Shown: positions 43,544-53,368, numbered from the stretch's first letter. The stretch is 64,000 bases of DNA from Alphaproteobacteria bacterium (GCA_965243135.1 OZ251539.1:4576001-4640000), one strand, 5' to 3'. Made by a program: numbers and translations. The notes: generated by a model from the letters alone, not told the origin.

Positions 43544-44299
43544 TCACGCACCCGCGCCCCGGCGCCAGAAAATCGCCCGCGTCGCCGCCGCCGCGACAGC
43601 GAAGCAGATCACCAGGACCGGCCCTGCCGGCAGGTCGGCGGCGGTCGAGACGACGATTCCCACCACGACAGCCGCCGCCCCGTTCACCAGCGCCCGCCTC
43701 AGCGCGTAATCCCCGCCGGAGCGCGCCGCGAGCGCCGGCAGGATCAGGCTCGCGAACACCACGTACACCCCCACCAGCTGGACCGACGCCGTGACGACGA
43801 GCGCGAACGGGACGAAGAATCCCATTCCGCTTCGCGCGCCCGAAACGGCGAGGCGCAGGAGGATCGCAGCGGCGTAGATCGGCGCGAACATGGCGATGTC
43901 GCGCCACGACACGAACAGAATCTGCCCCGAAAGAACGCTCCGCATCTCTTCGCCGCCATGCGGGTCGTCCGTCAGCGCCAGAAGGACCAAGGAGGCGGCA
44001 ACGACGAAAGCGCCGCCGATCACCGCCTCCTGTTCGGCCGACGTGGCGCGTTCGATCCAGCGGAAGAACAGCGCCGCCACGACCCCGGCGCCGAACGCCG
44101 CCGCTTGCCGTGCCATCCACGACGGCTCCTCCAGCCACAGGCCGAGCAGAATGAGCGCAAGTCCCACGATCTGCGCCATCGCCAGATCGATGAACACGAT
44201 CCCGCGCCGCAGGACCTCGATCCCGAACGGCGCGTGGACCGCGGCGACGATCAGCCCCGCGGCCAGCGCGGGCGCCACGATGTCGAGGACGTCAGCCAG
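43544..44299 (-). CDS. Metal ABC transporter permease (ZnuB/ABC-3-like)
   Basis: G.EVLRRGIVFIDLAMAQ, QEAVIG, PHGGE, SGQILFV, SVQLVGVYVVFASLILPA, DLPAGP; the only plausible start near the upstream stop is CTG at 44299, so the start is uncertain. Confidence 0.85.
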   Translation of the reverse strand: MADVLDIVAPALAAGLIVAAVHAPFGIEVLRRGIVFIDLAMAQIVGLALILLGLWLEEPSWMARQAAAFGAGVVAALFFRWIERATSAEQEAVIGGAFVVAASLVLLALTDDPHGGEEMRSVLSGQILFVSWRDIAMFAPIYAAAILLRLAVSGARSGMGFFVPFALVVTASVQLVGVYVVFASLILPALAARSGGDYALRRALVNGAAAVVVGIVVSTAADLPAGPVLVICFAVAAAATRAIFWRRGAGA

Positions 44300-45212
44300 C
44301 CCCGATCTCCTCCAACGACGCGAGCAGGGCGTCAAACAGATCGAACAGGTCGTCAACGCCCTCGCGCCCGCCGACCGTGAACGGCGGCGCCACCACCGGA
44401 AGCCCGGTCCGTTCCGCCAGCCAGTCCGCCGCGTCCGCGGGGTCGTACGGCGCCCGGAGGATCGCCTTGGCGCCTGTCTCCTCCACCCGTTCGAGAACCC
44501 GCGCCAAATGGCTCGCGGTCGGCGGCGCGCCGGGAACCGGCTCCAACGCCGCCGCGCGCTTCAGACCTGCCCAGCGCAGGAAGTGCGCCCAAGACTCGTG
44601 ATGGACGACGATCGGCATGCCGGCGAGGCGGTCGGCCCGCGCTTGCCATTCCGTCATCGCCCGGCGCCAGCGCGCCGCGAAGGAGTCGCGCCGGCCGCCA
44701 TAGGCGGCGGCGTTCTCCGGGTCGATGAGCGCCAGCCGCTCCGCCAGCACGTCGGCGAGCACGAGCGCGTTGCGCGGGTCGAGGTGGAAATGCGGGTTCC
44801 CGCCCGGATGCAAATCGCCTTGGGCGCGGTCGAGCGTTTCGGGGCGGTCCACCGCCTCGAGATGGTCGGCCGCCATGACATGCCCCGGCTGCCCGCGCTG
44901 AACTGTCTGCGGCGCCCCGCGCTCCAACAGGACGGGAAGCCAGCCGGCTTCCAGGTCGGCGCCCGAGCAGACCAGCAGGTCGGCGCGGCGCATCCAGGCG
45001 ATCAGGCTCGGCCGAGCCCGGATATGATGCGGATCCTGATGGGCGGTCGTCGCAGACCGGACGGCGACAGCCTCGCCGCCGACCTCCCGGGCGAGCGACG
45101 CCCATTCGGGCTCGCACGCGAAGACGCGGACTTCCGCCGTGGCGGGGGCGGCCAGCGTCGCCACCGCCACGACGCTCGCGACGGCGGCGAGGGCCGAACG
45201 CTTGCTTTTCAT
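44292..45212 (-). CDS. Zn/Mn ABC transporter substrate-binding protein (ZnuA-like)
   Basis: Signal peptide, QDPHH, GADLE.GWLP, GDLHPGGNPH, HHESW, LEPVPG.PPT..HL. Confidence 0.92.
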   Translation of the reverse strand: MKSKRSALAAVASVVAVATLAAPATAEVRVFACEPEWASLAREVGGEAVAVRSATTAHQDPHHIRARPSLIAWMRRADLLVCSGADLEAGWLPVLLERGAPQTVQRGQPGHVMAADHLEAVDRPETLDRAQGDLHPGGNPHFHLDPRNALVLADVLAERLALIDPENAAAYGGRRDSFAARWRRAMTEWQARADRLAGMPIVVHHESWAHFLRWAGLKRAAALEPVPGAPPTASHLARVLERVEETGAKAILRAPYDPADAADWLAERTGLPVVAPPFTVGGREGVDDLFDLFDALLASLEEIGAG

Positions 45213-45224
45213 CGCGTGTCCTCC

Positions 45225-46619
45225 TCAGAACGCGTGCGCGGCGTGCGCGCCGAGACTCATGACGTATTGCAGAATGAATTGGTTGTCATGATCGCCGTCG
45301 GCGAACACCTCGCGGTTGTATTGCGCGCGGATGCGCCCGAACTCGCTGTTCGTCCAGTCGCCCATGACCCCGATGGCGTAAGGGGAGTGGGCGCTCTCCG
45401 CCGAGTCCGGCGGCTCGAGCCGGGCGTAGCGCGCGCCCACGCGCCAGCGCGGCAGGAACTTGTAAACCGCTTGCACGTACCAACCCGAGCTGGAGCCGTC
45501 GAGCTGTGCGCTGTCGCCCTCCAGAGTGTAAAGCCCCTCCTCCTCAAGCAGGAAATACTCCCCCTGGAGGATGAGCTCGCTTTCACGCGGGTTGCCCGTG
45601 GGTGCCCACGTGTAGCGGATGTCGGCGCCCCAAAGCCGCCCGTCGCCGGTGAACGCGCCGCCGGTCAGGAAGTCCGCATGTGCGAATTCCTCATGTTCGT
45701 CTTCGCCGTGCTCGTCGTCCTCATGCTCCCCGGCGTGTTCGTCTTCGCCGCCGTGGCCGTGGCCGCCGCCGGCGCGGTTGTGCGACGTGCCGTCGAGCAC
45801 GTAGGCGCCGATGCGCCACGCCGAATTCGCGCCGGTCTCGCCGCCGATACGGGCCCAGCCCGAGATTGCGTCGACGCCGTCTTCCGACCCGCCGAACGGC
45901 AGATCGCCGCCGCGAAAGATTCCGCCACCGGCCTCGGCGTATAAGTCCGTGGGCAGGACCCACGAAAACTCCACGCCATCGTCGTTCCAGTGGTTGTCCA
46001 AATAGACCCGGTAAGGCAGCGGTCGGTCGGCGAAATCGTCGCCATGCGCGTGCTGTTCGTTCAGGTAGCCCAGAGTCCACAACGCGCGCCCGGCCTTGAT
46101 CCGCAGCCCGTCGGGCAATCCGGCGCCGGGCAGGGTGCGAATATAAGCCTCCTCCAGATCGAGTTCGGTCGTCCCGCCATGCGCGCCGATCCCGAGCGTG
46201 AGCGCGCCGTGGAACTTGTCGTCGGCGTTGCTCGACAGGGTCACTTCGGTGTGCCCTAGGCTCAGGCCTTCGTCGCTGCGCTCTCCGTGATGGCCGAGCC
46301 GGAAGCCGGGGATATCCGATTCGTCGGCAGAAAACGCCGCGACCCGTCCGTCGAGGACGACGCCGACCGCCGGGTTGAAGGCGTTGTCGGTCGTTGCGGC
46401 ACGGCGCTGCGCTGGCGCCGCCGGGGGCGCGGTGGATTGCGCCCGGATCTTGGCAAGCTGCTTTTCAAGCGCGCGGATGCGCTCTTCGTATTCGCTTCGC
46501 AGCGCCTGGATTTCGTTCGCCAGCTGGGCCGCCGTTTCGGCCTGCGCCCGCGCCGGCGGCGCGACAAGCAGAACCGCACCGCCGACGGCGAGCAGCGCGC
46601 ATATGGCAATGGCTCTCAT
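45225..46619 (-). CDS. His-rich putative outer-membrane metal uptake protein (porin-like)
   Basis: RBS GAGGAGG, signal peptide and coiled coil, FNPA, LEEAY, GYLNEQH.H..DF.DRP, His/Glu-rich loop, SEF..IR.QY, C-terminal LGAHAAHAF. Confidence 0.8.
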   Translation of the reverse strand: MRAIAICALLAVGGAVLLVAPPARAQAETAAQLANEIQALRSEYEERIRALEKQLAKIRAQSTAPPAAPAQRRAATTDNAFNPAVGVVLDGRVAAFSADESDIPGFRLGHHGERSDEGLSLGHTEVTLSSNADDKFHGALTLGIGAHGGTTELDLEEAYIRTLPGAGLPDGLRIKAGRALWTLGYLNEQHAHGDDFADRPLPYRVYLDNHWNDDGVEFSWVLPTDLYAEAGGGIFRGGDLPFGGSEDGVDAISGWARIGGETGANSAWRIGAYVLDGTSHNRAGGGHGHGGEDEHAGEHEDDEHGEDEHEEFAHADFLTGGAFTGDGRLWGADIRYTWAPTGNPRESELILQGEYFLLEEEGLYTLEGDSAQLDGSSSGWYVQAVYKFLPRWRVGARYARLEPPDSAESAHSPYAIGVMGDWTNSEFGRIRAQYNREVFADGDHDNQFILQYVMSLGAHAAHAF

Positions 46620-46642
46620 TCCTGTCCTCCTCATGTGATTTT

Positions 46643-46662
46643 TGTAATGATATATCATTACA
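46643..46662. promoter_or_regulatory. Zur-box-like perfect palindrome
   Basis: TGTAATGATATATCATTACA, 23 nt upstream of the metal-uptake operon start; contains two overlapping matches to TGTTAT-N3-ATAACA. Confidence 0.75.
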
Positions 46663-46740
46663 TATCGGCTCGTCAACCCCTTCCTGGCGGAACCGGGCGA
46701 CGCCAGAGACCGCCGGAAACGGGGGGACCGCTCCCGGCGG

Positions 46741-47465
46741 GGATGCGCAGAACTATTTTTGCAAAAACCGTATTTCATGCTCCTGTTTTGCTCGCGGAAT
46801 TCCACCGTTAGGCGGCGTTCAGCGCTGTCGTTCGCGCCGCCCGTTCCGGTCGCCGCGCGGCGTCGAAGCGGCCCGACATCGCCCTGAAGGCGAGAACGTT
46901 CCGGCCTCCGTCGACGCTCCAGCGCACCCGCTTCATGCGTTGGTTGACCAGCGCCTTGTTGGCGGACGACGCCCGTAGCCCTTGGCCATGACGCTCGCGT
47001 AGCGCATGCGGCGCCTGTGCCTGCGGAAGAACCTCGCGCTCAAGAATCGCCGTTTTCGTCGTCGCCTTGTCGCGGAGATAGCGTATCGCCGGTCTTGTCG
47101 ACGCCGTGCGTCGCGCAGGATGGCGCGGTCGTGCCAGTGGTCGCGACGGTCGGCATCTCCGCCGAGACGTTCGCAAGCATGAAAGAAGTCGACTGCCTGC
47201 TCGTCGGGCGGGAACCTCCAGAGAAACGTCCAGTTGTCGGGCGCGGCGTCGGCGACCAGCTTCAGGGCGGGCCGCACTTTCCGGGCGACCTCGGCGGCGA
47301 GCGGCGCTGGCGTCTTTTCGGTTTCGGCCCAAAGCTCAACGTTTTCAAGCGAGCGCCGTCCGCGCCATGGAAACTGACCGTTCCGCTGGACGCCCGGCAC
47401 GCCTCCTCGTCCCTGTCGGGGCGAAGCGGAACCCCGTCGAGCGAGACGGCGCAGTGCGAGCAGTC
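46741..47465 (-). mobile_element. ISKra4-like transposase remnant (catalytic and C-terminal part) with right end
   Basis: Multi-frame peptides AVSLDGV, SSGTVSFH.ADG.RLKTL.FG, VADAAPDNWTFL, VDFFHACERL, FFRRHR.RMRY, ANK.LV.QRMKR..WS..GG..VL.FRA..GRFD; end motif GCAGAACTATTTTTGCAAAAACC at 46747-46769. Confidence 0.75.
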
Positions 47466-47539
47466 GCGATAATCGGCAGTTTCAGGCGCAAAACGGTCGA
47501 GGGTGCCGCGCCCGAAAGGAAGGCGTTTCCTCTCGCGCC

Positions 47540-47750
47540 TGAGAGTGCCGTGCGGATTGCCTGCTCCGGCCGGATTCCCGATCGCGGTCGTCGAGGCGAA
47601 GGCGAAACGCAAGCAGGTCGGCAAGGGCCTCCAGCAAGTCAGGGAATGCGCGGAGTTCCCGGGGCTGACGTTCGCCTACGCGACCAACGGCGCCGTCGAA
47701 GTCGACTGCGCCACCGGCATCGAGCGCGAGGTTGCGGGCTTCCCGGCCGC
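47540..47750 (+). pseudogene. hsdR: Type I restriction enzyme R subunit (EcoAI/EcoEI-like) N-terminal nuclease remnant
   Basis: RADCLLR.../FPIAVVEAK....GKGLQQ..E.AE..GL.FAYATNG..E.D..TGIERE...FP; nothing further survives. Confidence 0.7.
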
Positions 47751-47756
47751 GGTTTT

Positions 47757-48905
47757 TCAGGCCTCCGGCCCGACGACGCCTTCCTTCGTTTCCGCCACGA
47801 CCAAGTCGACCACGGACCGCAGCGCCTCGTCCTCGGTGTCTCCCTCCATGCGGCGCAGATTGTAGTGATCGATCTGCCGATCGGCCGCGGTGCCGTCGCG
47901 AATGATGGAAAGCGCGCGGCGCATCTCGTCCTCGCAGCCGATCTCCCGGGCGTCGGACGCGAATTCCTCGACCACCCGGCGCGCGAAATCGTCGATATCC
48001 ATGCGCCCGCCCACCTGCATGTTCCCGAAGAAAGACAGAACGCCGTACCGTTGCGCGAGCCACCTGTTCTCGGTGATCATCTCCGTCAACGGCTCGTCCG
48101 GCAGCGCCCCCTCCCGGTCGAGCCGCAGCAGCCCCCGAACGAGCGAGGCGTAAAGCGCCGTGATGCACATCGAGTCTTCCAGGCGCGGACAGATGTCGCA
48201 GATGCGCATCTCGATCGTCGGGTAGGCGTGGGAAGGCCGGATGTCCCACCACAGCTCGCTGCCGTCGTTGATGAATTCCATTCGCCGGTAATTGGCGAGC
48301 AACCGGTCGTAATCCGCCCGCGAATGCAGCGGGCCGGGAAGGCTGGTTCGCGGCAGATTGCCGATGAGATTGAGCCTGTAGGACTTGAACCCCGTCGAGC
48401 GGCCGCCGCTGAACGGCGACGACGTGGACAGCGCGTGGAGAAGGGGGAGATAGCGGCGGATCGCCGTCATGACCCGGATGCGCGAATCGGGATCGCCGAA
48501 CCCGGCATGAACGTGCATGCCCGCGACCAGAAACTGCCGCACGCTGTCCTGGAGCTTGATCTCGAATTTCTTGTAGCGTTCTTTCGGCGTGATCATCTGG
48601 TCCCGCCACGTCGCGAAGGGATGGGTCGACCCCGCCATCACGGCGGCGCCGTGGCGCGCCGCCGCTTCTATGACCAGCCGCCGCGTTTCCCTGAGCGCCT
48701 GGCGCACCTCCTCGACCGACCCGCAGACCCGCGTGTTGGTCTCGATCTGGGCGCGAAGAAGTTCGTGCACGACCTTGTGCGGACCGGCGAGTCTTTCGCA
48801 TTCCTCGAATATGGCGGGATCGGGGTCGACGGCGAGATCGCGGGTTTCGGGATCGACGAGGAAGAACTCCTCCTCGACCCCGAGCGTCAGGGCGTCTCCG
48901 GTCAT
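47757..48905 (-). CDS. Carboxylate-amine ligase (YbdK/GCS2 family)
   Basis: TLGVEEEF, QIE..T, THPF, GMHVH, SSPF.G, LWWDIRP, TIEMRICD, ENRW.A.RYG. Confidence 0.93.
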   Translation of the reverse strand: MTGDALTLGVEEEFFLVDPETRDLAVDPDPAIFEECERLAGPHKVVHELLRAQIETNTRVCGSVEEVRQALRETRRLVIEAAARHGAAVMAGSTHPFATWRDQMITPKERYKKFEIKLQDSVRQFLVAGMHVHAGFGDPDSRIRVMTAIRRYLPLLHALSTSSPFSGGRSTGFKSYRLNLIGNLPRTSLPGPLHSRADYDRLLANYRRMEFINDGSELWWDIRPSHAYPTIEMRICDICPRLEDSMCITALYASLVRGLLRLDREGALPDEPLTEMITENRWLAQRYGVLSFFGNMQVGGRMDIDDFARRVVEEFASDAREIGCEDEMRRALSIIRDGTAADRQIDHYNLRRMEGDTEDEALRSVVDLVVAETKEGVVGPEA

Positions 48906-50041
48906 GAAGCGCCTCCGACCGGCTGCGCCGGTTCCGCGGACATTTCGGGATAAAGCCCGCGCAGCCCCTCCTTCGAAGCGGCGCAAATCCCCCGCTCCGA
49001 GATCAGTCCGGTAACCAGGCGCGCCGGGGTTACGTCGAACGCGTAGTTCGCGACCGGACTGTCCTCCGGAATGATTTCGACCGTCGCGACCCTGCCGTCC
49101 GCGGTCAGTCCGGTCATCGCGGAAATTTCCTCCGCGCCGCGTTGCTCTATTGGCATCTCGGTAACTCCGTCGTTCATCGTCCAGTCTATCGTGGGTCCGG
49201 GCACGGCGACATGGAACGGCACGCCGTTGTCCCGCGCCGCGAGCGCCTTCAGATACGTGCCGATCTTGTTGCAAACGTCGCCCGCCGCGGTCACGCGGTC
49301 GGCGCCGGTCACGCAAAGATCGACCATCCCGTTCTGCATGAGATGGCCGCCGGCGTTGTCGACGACGACCGTGTGGGGAACGCCGCGGCGGGCGAGTTCC
49401 CATGCGGTCAGGCGCCCGCCCTGATTGCGCGGTCGCGTTTCGTCCACCCACACGTGCACGGGAATGCCGGCTTCGTGCGCCTTGTAGACCGGCGCCAGCG
49501 CGGTGCCCCACTCCACGGTCGCCAACCGCCCCGCGTTGCAATGCGTCAGAACATTGACGCGCCGGCCTTCCGCTTCCCACGCGCCGCGAATCAGCGGCAG
49601 CCCGTGATCGCCGATCGCCGAGCAGAGCTCCGCGTCCTCCTCGCATATCGCCGCGGCGCGCTTCCACGCCGCCGCCGCCCGCTCGTTCGGCGGCAGCGGT
49701 CGCAGCGACGCCCGCATCCCGTCCACGGCCCAGCGCAGATTAACCGCCGTGGGCCGCGTCGTCGCCAGCGACTTCGCGGCGGCGGCAAGATTTCCGTCGG
49801 ACGGGTCGTCGCGCATCGCGAACGCCATGCCGAACGCGGCCGTCGCGCCGATCAGCGGCGCGCCGCGCACCTGCATGTCGCGGATCGCCGCCGCCGCGTC
49901 GGCGACGGTGCGGAGACGCCGGACGACGAACCGGAACGGAAGCTGCGTTTGGTCAATGATCTCGACGGAGCCGCCGTCTTCCGCGGGCCGGATGGAGCGA
50001 CCCGCCTCGCCGCCGTCAGAGCACCCGGCCAGCGACCGCAT
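48902..50041 (-). CDS. mtnA: S-methyl-5-thioribose-1-phosphate isomerase
   Basis: IIDQT.LP, VRGAPLIG, RPTAVNL, LTHCNAG.LAT, DETRP.NQG.RLT, GADR, NKIGTY, AFDVTP; start uncertain. Confidence 0.93.
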   Translation of the reverse strand: MRSLAGCSDGGEAGRSIRPAEDGGSVEIIDQTQLPFRFVVRRLRTVADAAAAIRDMQVRGAPLIGATAAFGMAFAMRDDPSDGNLAAAAKSLATTRPTAVNLRWAVDGMRASLRPLPPNERAAAAWKRAAAICEEDAELCSAIGDHGLPLIRGAWEAEGRRVNVLTHCNAGRLATVEWGTALAPVYKAHEAGIPVHVWVDETRPRNQGGRLTAWELARRGVPHTVVVDNAGGHLMQNGMVDLCVTGADRVTAAGDVCNKIGTYLKALAARDNGVPFHVAVPGPTIDWTMNDGVTEMPIEQRGAEEISAMTGLTADGRVATVEIIPEDSPVANYAFDVTPARLVTGLISERGICAASKEGLRGLYPEMSAEPAQPVGGAS

Positions 50042-50894
50042 CGAGCTTCGACGTCAGATCGGGGTCCCGCGCATCCGGCGCAGTAATGATCGCGTATTCA
50101 AGCGCCGTATGACAGCCTGCGCCGCAGCGCGCGGCGCGGGAGGAGAGGCGCGGCGCGAGACGGCGCACCAAGTCGCGCGCTTTCCCGGCGTTCTCCTGCA
50201 GGATCCGGATTACGCTCTCCACGGAAACGTCCTCATGATCCTCGCGCCAACAATCGTAATCCGTGACCATGGCTATGGCAGCGTAGCACATTTCGGCCTC
50301 GCGGGCCAGCTTCGCCTCGGGCATGTTGGTCATGCCGATCACGTCGCATCCCCACGACCTGTAGAGCGCGCTTTCCGCGCGACTCGAGAACTGCGGCCCC
50401 TCCATCACGAGATAGACGCCGCCGGCGCCGTGGGGAACGCCGAGCTCCGACAGGGTCTCCGCGACGAGGCGGCCGAGCCGCGCGCAGGTGGGGTCGGCCA
50501 TCGAGACGTGGGCCGCGCATCCTTCGCCGAAGAAGCTTTTCTCGCGCGCGAAGGTGCGGTCGATGAACTGGTCGATCACCACGAACTTGCCCGGCGCGTG
50601 GTCCTCCTTCAGCGACCCGACCGCGCTGATCGAAAGGATATCCGTAACGCCGGCCCGTTTGAGCGCATCGATGTTGGCTCGGAAATTGAGCTTGCTCGGC
50701 GGAATCCGATGGCCGCGTCCGTGCCGCGGCAAAAACGCCACCTTCTGACCGGCGATCTCGCCGCACAGCAACGCGTCGGACGGCTCCCCGAACGGCGTCT
50801 CGACCGGCCGCCACTCGGCGCCGGCCAAGCCGTCGATCTCGTAGACGCCGCTCCCGCCGATCACGCCGATTACCGGCGGTGTTCCGGGCTCCAT
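50016..50894 (-). CDS. mtnP: S-methyl-5'-thioadenosine phosphorylase
   Basis: GVIGGSG, TPFG.PS, PRHGRGH, AVGSL, EGPQFS, GMTNMPEAKLAREAE, TDYDCW. Confidence 0.95.
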   Translation of the reverse strand: MEPGTPPVIGVIGGSGVYEIDGLAGAEWRPVETPFGEPSDALLCGEIAGQKVAFLPRHGRGHRIPPSKLNFRANIDALKRAGVTDILSISAVGSLKEDHAPGKFVVIDQFIDRTFAREKSFFGEGCAAHVSMADPTCARLGRLVAETLSELGVPHGAGGVYLVMEGPQFSSRAESALYRSWGCDVIGMTNMPEAKLAREAEMCYAAIAMVTDYDCWREDHEDVSVESVIRILQENAGKARDLVRRLAPRLSSRAARCGAGCHTALEYAIITAPDARDPDLTSKLDAVAGRVL

Positions 50895-50921
50895 CGCTTT
50901 CTCCCCGCTTGCGGCGAACCG

Positions 50922-51302
50922 CTATTCCGGCTCGTGACAAGCCGCCTGCAGCTTGTTGCCGTCGAGATCTCGCGCGTAGGCTCCGTAATAGTGCTCGTGA
51001 TAGTGCGGCCGCAGTCCGGGAGCCCCCTCGTCGACTCCGCCCGCCGCAAGCGCGGCCGCATGGAAGGCGTCGACATGGCTGCGGGAAGGGGCGAGGAACG
51101 CGACATGGGTCCCGTTGCCCGCGGACGCGGCCCCGCCGTCGTAGGGACGGACGACGAAGAAGTGCTCGGGCGCGTCGCCCTGGTAGGCGATCACGGCGCC
51201 GTGCGCGAACCGGCGGACGATCCCCAACGTCGCGAGCACGGAATCGTAAAACGCTCCGGCGCGCTCCAGATCGTCCGTCCCGACGGTGACATGGCTGTAC
51301 AT
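50922..51302 (-). CDS. VOC family (glyoxalase-like) protein
   Basis: SHVTVGTDDL..A..FYD, GNGTHVAF, DEGAPGLRP.Y, YGAY.RD.DGNKL. Confidence 0.9.
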   Translation of the reverse strand: MYSHVTVGTDDLERAGAFYDSVLATLGIVRRFAHGAVIAYQGDAPEHFFVVRPYDGGAASAGNGTHVAFLAPSRSHVDAFHAAALAAGGVDEGAPGLRPHYHEHYYGAYARDLDGNKLQAACHEPE

Positions 51303-51318
51303 GAGCGCTTCCCCCGCG

Positions 51319-52074
51319 TCAGTGCAGGTCCGCCCATACGCGCCGCTTGGCCACGTAGAGGAGGCCCGTCAGCAGCAAAAGGAAAAGGACCACCTTGACG
51401 CCCATGCGCTTGCGTTCTTCGAGTTCCGGCTCCGCGGCCCACGCGAGGAACGTCGTCACGTCGCGCGCCTGCTGCGCGACCGTCGCGCTGGTGCCGTCCG
51501 CGTACTCCACGCCATCGTCCGTCAACGGCGGCGGCATGGCGATCTGCTTGCCGGAGAAATAGGCGTTGTAACTCATGCCGTCCGGCAGCTGCATACCGGG
51601 CGGCGGTTCGGCATATCCCGTCAGCAGCGCGCTGAGGTAGTCCGCGCCGCCCAATCGCGCCTTGACGATCAGGGACAGGTCGGGAGGGAGCGCGCCGTTG
51701 TTGGCGGCGCGCGCCGCGTTGTCGTTCGGGAACGGCGACTGGAAGCGGTCCGACGGCTTGCCGGGCCGGTCGAACATTTCGCCCTCGTCGTCTGGGCCGT
51801 CCTGAACCTCGACTTCCGACGCGATCGCCTTGACCTCGTCTTCGGAGAATCCGATGTCCGTCAGGTTGCGGTAGGACACGAGCCTGAGGCCATGGCAGGC
51901 CGCGCAGACTTCCTTGTACACCGTGAAGCCCCGCCGAAGCGCACCCCGGTCGAAGGCGCCGAACAACCCGGAAAACGACCAGTGCTGCGCCGGCGCGGCG
52001 TCCCCCGCCGCCCGCGCGGGCGAGGCCGCGCAAAGCCCGATCGCGACGAGAACGATCCCGACGGTTTTCATCAT
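51319..52074 (-). CDS. petC: Cytochrome c1
   Basis: CAACH heme motif, [20 protein letters not shown]-terminal TM segment. Confidence 0.96.
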   Translation of the reverse strand: MMKTVGIVLVAIGLCAASPARAAGDAAPAQHWSFSGLFGAFDRGALRRGFTVYKEVCAACHGLRLVSYRNLTDIGFSEDEVKAIASEVEVQDGPDDEGEMFDRPGKPSDRFQSPFPNDNAARAANNGALPPDLSLIVKARLGGADYLSALLTGYAEPPPGMQLPDGMSYNAYFSGKQIAMPPPLTDDGVEYADGTSATVAQQARDVTTFLAWAAEPELEERKRMGVKVVLFLLLLTGLLYVAKRRVWADLH

Positions 52075-53363
52075 GCCTTCTCCGCCTCGTCGAGCACCGG
52101 CTTGGAGATGCTTTCCGGCACGGGCTTCGGCCTCTCGAAAATCCCCAGCAGCGGGACGATCGCCAGAAAATGGAGGAAGTAGTAGGCGGTCGCAATCCTG
52201 CCGATCAACACGAAATGACCCTCCGCGGGATTCGCGCCGACCCAGCCGAGCACGATGCAATCGAGCAGGAACACCCAGAAGAACTGGCGGTAGAGCGGAC
52301 GGAAACGCGACGACCTGACCGGCGAACGGTCCAGCCACGGAACCGCGAACAACACCGCTATCGCCCCGAACATCGCCAGGACGCCCGCCAGCTTGGCTTC
52401 GAAGACGACGAATCCCATCCAGTCCGTCACCCATGCGCCGACGAAGTTGTCGGGAACCGCGCGCAGAATCGCGTAGAACGGCAGGAAATACCATTCGGGC
52501 ACGATATGCGGCGGCGTCGACAGCGGATTGGCGGGAATGTAGTTGTCGGGTTCGCCGAAGAAATTGGGCGCGAAAAAAAGAAATCCCGCAAACAGGATCA
52601 GGAACACGCCCAAGCCGAACATGTCCTTGATCGTGTAGTAGGGATGGAACGGGATGACGTCCTGGCCGCCCTTGGTGTCGATGCCGACCGGGTTGTTGGA
52701 ACCGTGCACGTGCAACGCCCAGATATGCAGGACCACGACGCCGACGATCGCGAAAGGCAGCAGATAGTGCAAGCTGTAGAACCGGTTGAGCGTCGGATTG
52801 TCGACGGAGAAGCCGCCCCAGAGCAGGGTGACGATCCAGTCGCCGATCCCCCACGGGATGGCCGAGAACAGATTGGTGATCACCGTCGCGCCCCAGAAGC
52901 TCATCTGGCCCCAGGGGAGCACGTACCCCATGAAGGCGGTCGCCATCATCAGAAGCAGGATGACGACGCCGAGAATCCACAGCAATTCTCGCGGCGCCTT
53001 GTACGATCCGAAATACAGCCCGCGGAAAATGTGAATGTAGACCACGATGAAGAAAGCCGACGCGCCGTTCATGTGGATGTAGCGGATCAGCCAGCCGTAG
53101 TTGACGTCGCGCATGATGCGCTCGACCGAATCGAACGCGTGGTCCGTGTGCGGCGTGTAGTGCATGGCCAAGGCGATGCCGCTGACGATCATGACCACGA
53201 GCACGATGCCCGCGAGCGATCCGAAGTTCCACCAGTAGTTGAGATTCCTCGGCGTCGGATACTCGTAGAGCTCGTGGCTCATGAACGTGAAGACCGGCAG
53301 CCGGTGGTCGATCCATTTGACGAGGCCGCTGTCCAGCCACGCCGGTTTCCGGAACTCCGCCAT
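52071..53363 (-). CDS. petB: Cytochrome b
   Basis: [30 protein letters not shown]. Confidence 0.98.
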   Translation of the reverse strand: MAEFRKPAWLDSGLVKWIDHRLPVFTFMSHELYEYPTPRNLNYWWNFGSLAGIVLVVMIVSGIALAMHYTPHTDHAFDSVERIMRDVNYGWLIRYIHMNGASAFFIVVYIHIFRGLYFGSYKAPRELLWILGVVILLLMMATAFMGYVLPWGQMSFWGATVITNLFSAIPWGIGDWIVTLLWGGFSVDNPTLNRFYSLHYLLPFAIVGVVVLHIWALHVHGSNNPVGIDTKGGQDVIPFHPYYTIKDMFGLGVFLILFAGFLFFAPNFFGEPDNYIPANPLSTPPHIVPEWYFLPFYAILRAVPDNFVGAWVTDWMGFVVFEAKLAGVLAMFGAIAVLFAVPWLDRSPVRSSRFRPLYRQFFWVFLLDCIVLGWVGANPAEGHFVLIGRIATAYYFLHFLAIVPLLGIFERPKPVPESISKPVLDEAEKA

Positions 53364-53368
53364 GGCCG

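Noticed and set aside
45680-45775. Repeated GAG-CAC-type units as a DNA repeat
   Set aside because: They encode the His/Glu-rich metal-binding loop of the outer-membrane protein
42956-47465. Composite transposon carrying the zinc cassette
   Set aside because: The two end motifs point the same way rather than enclosing the cassette, and no flanking TSD was seen
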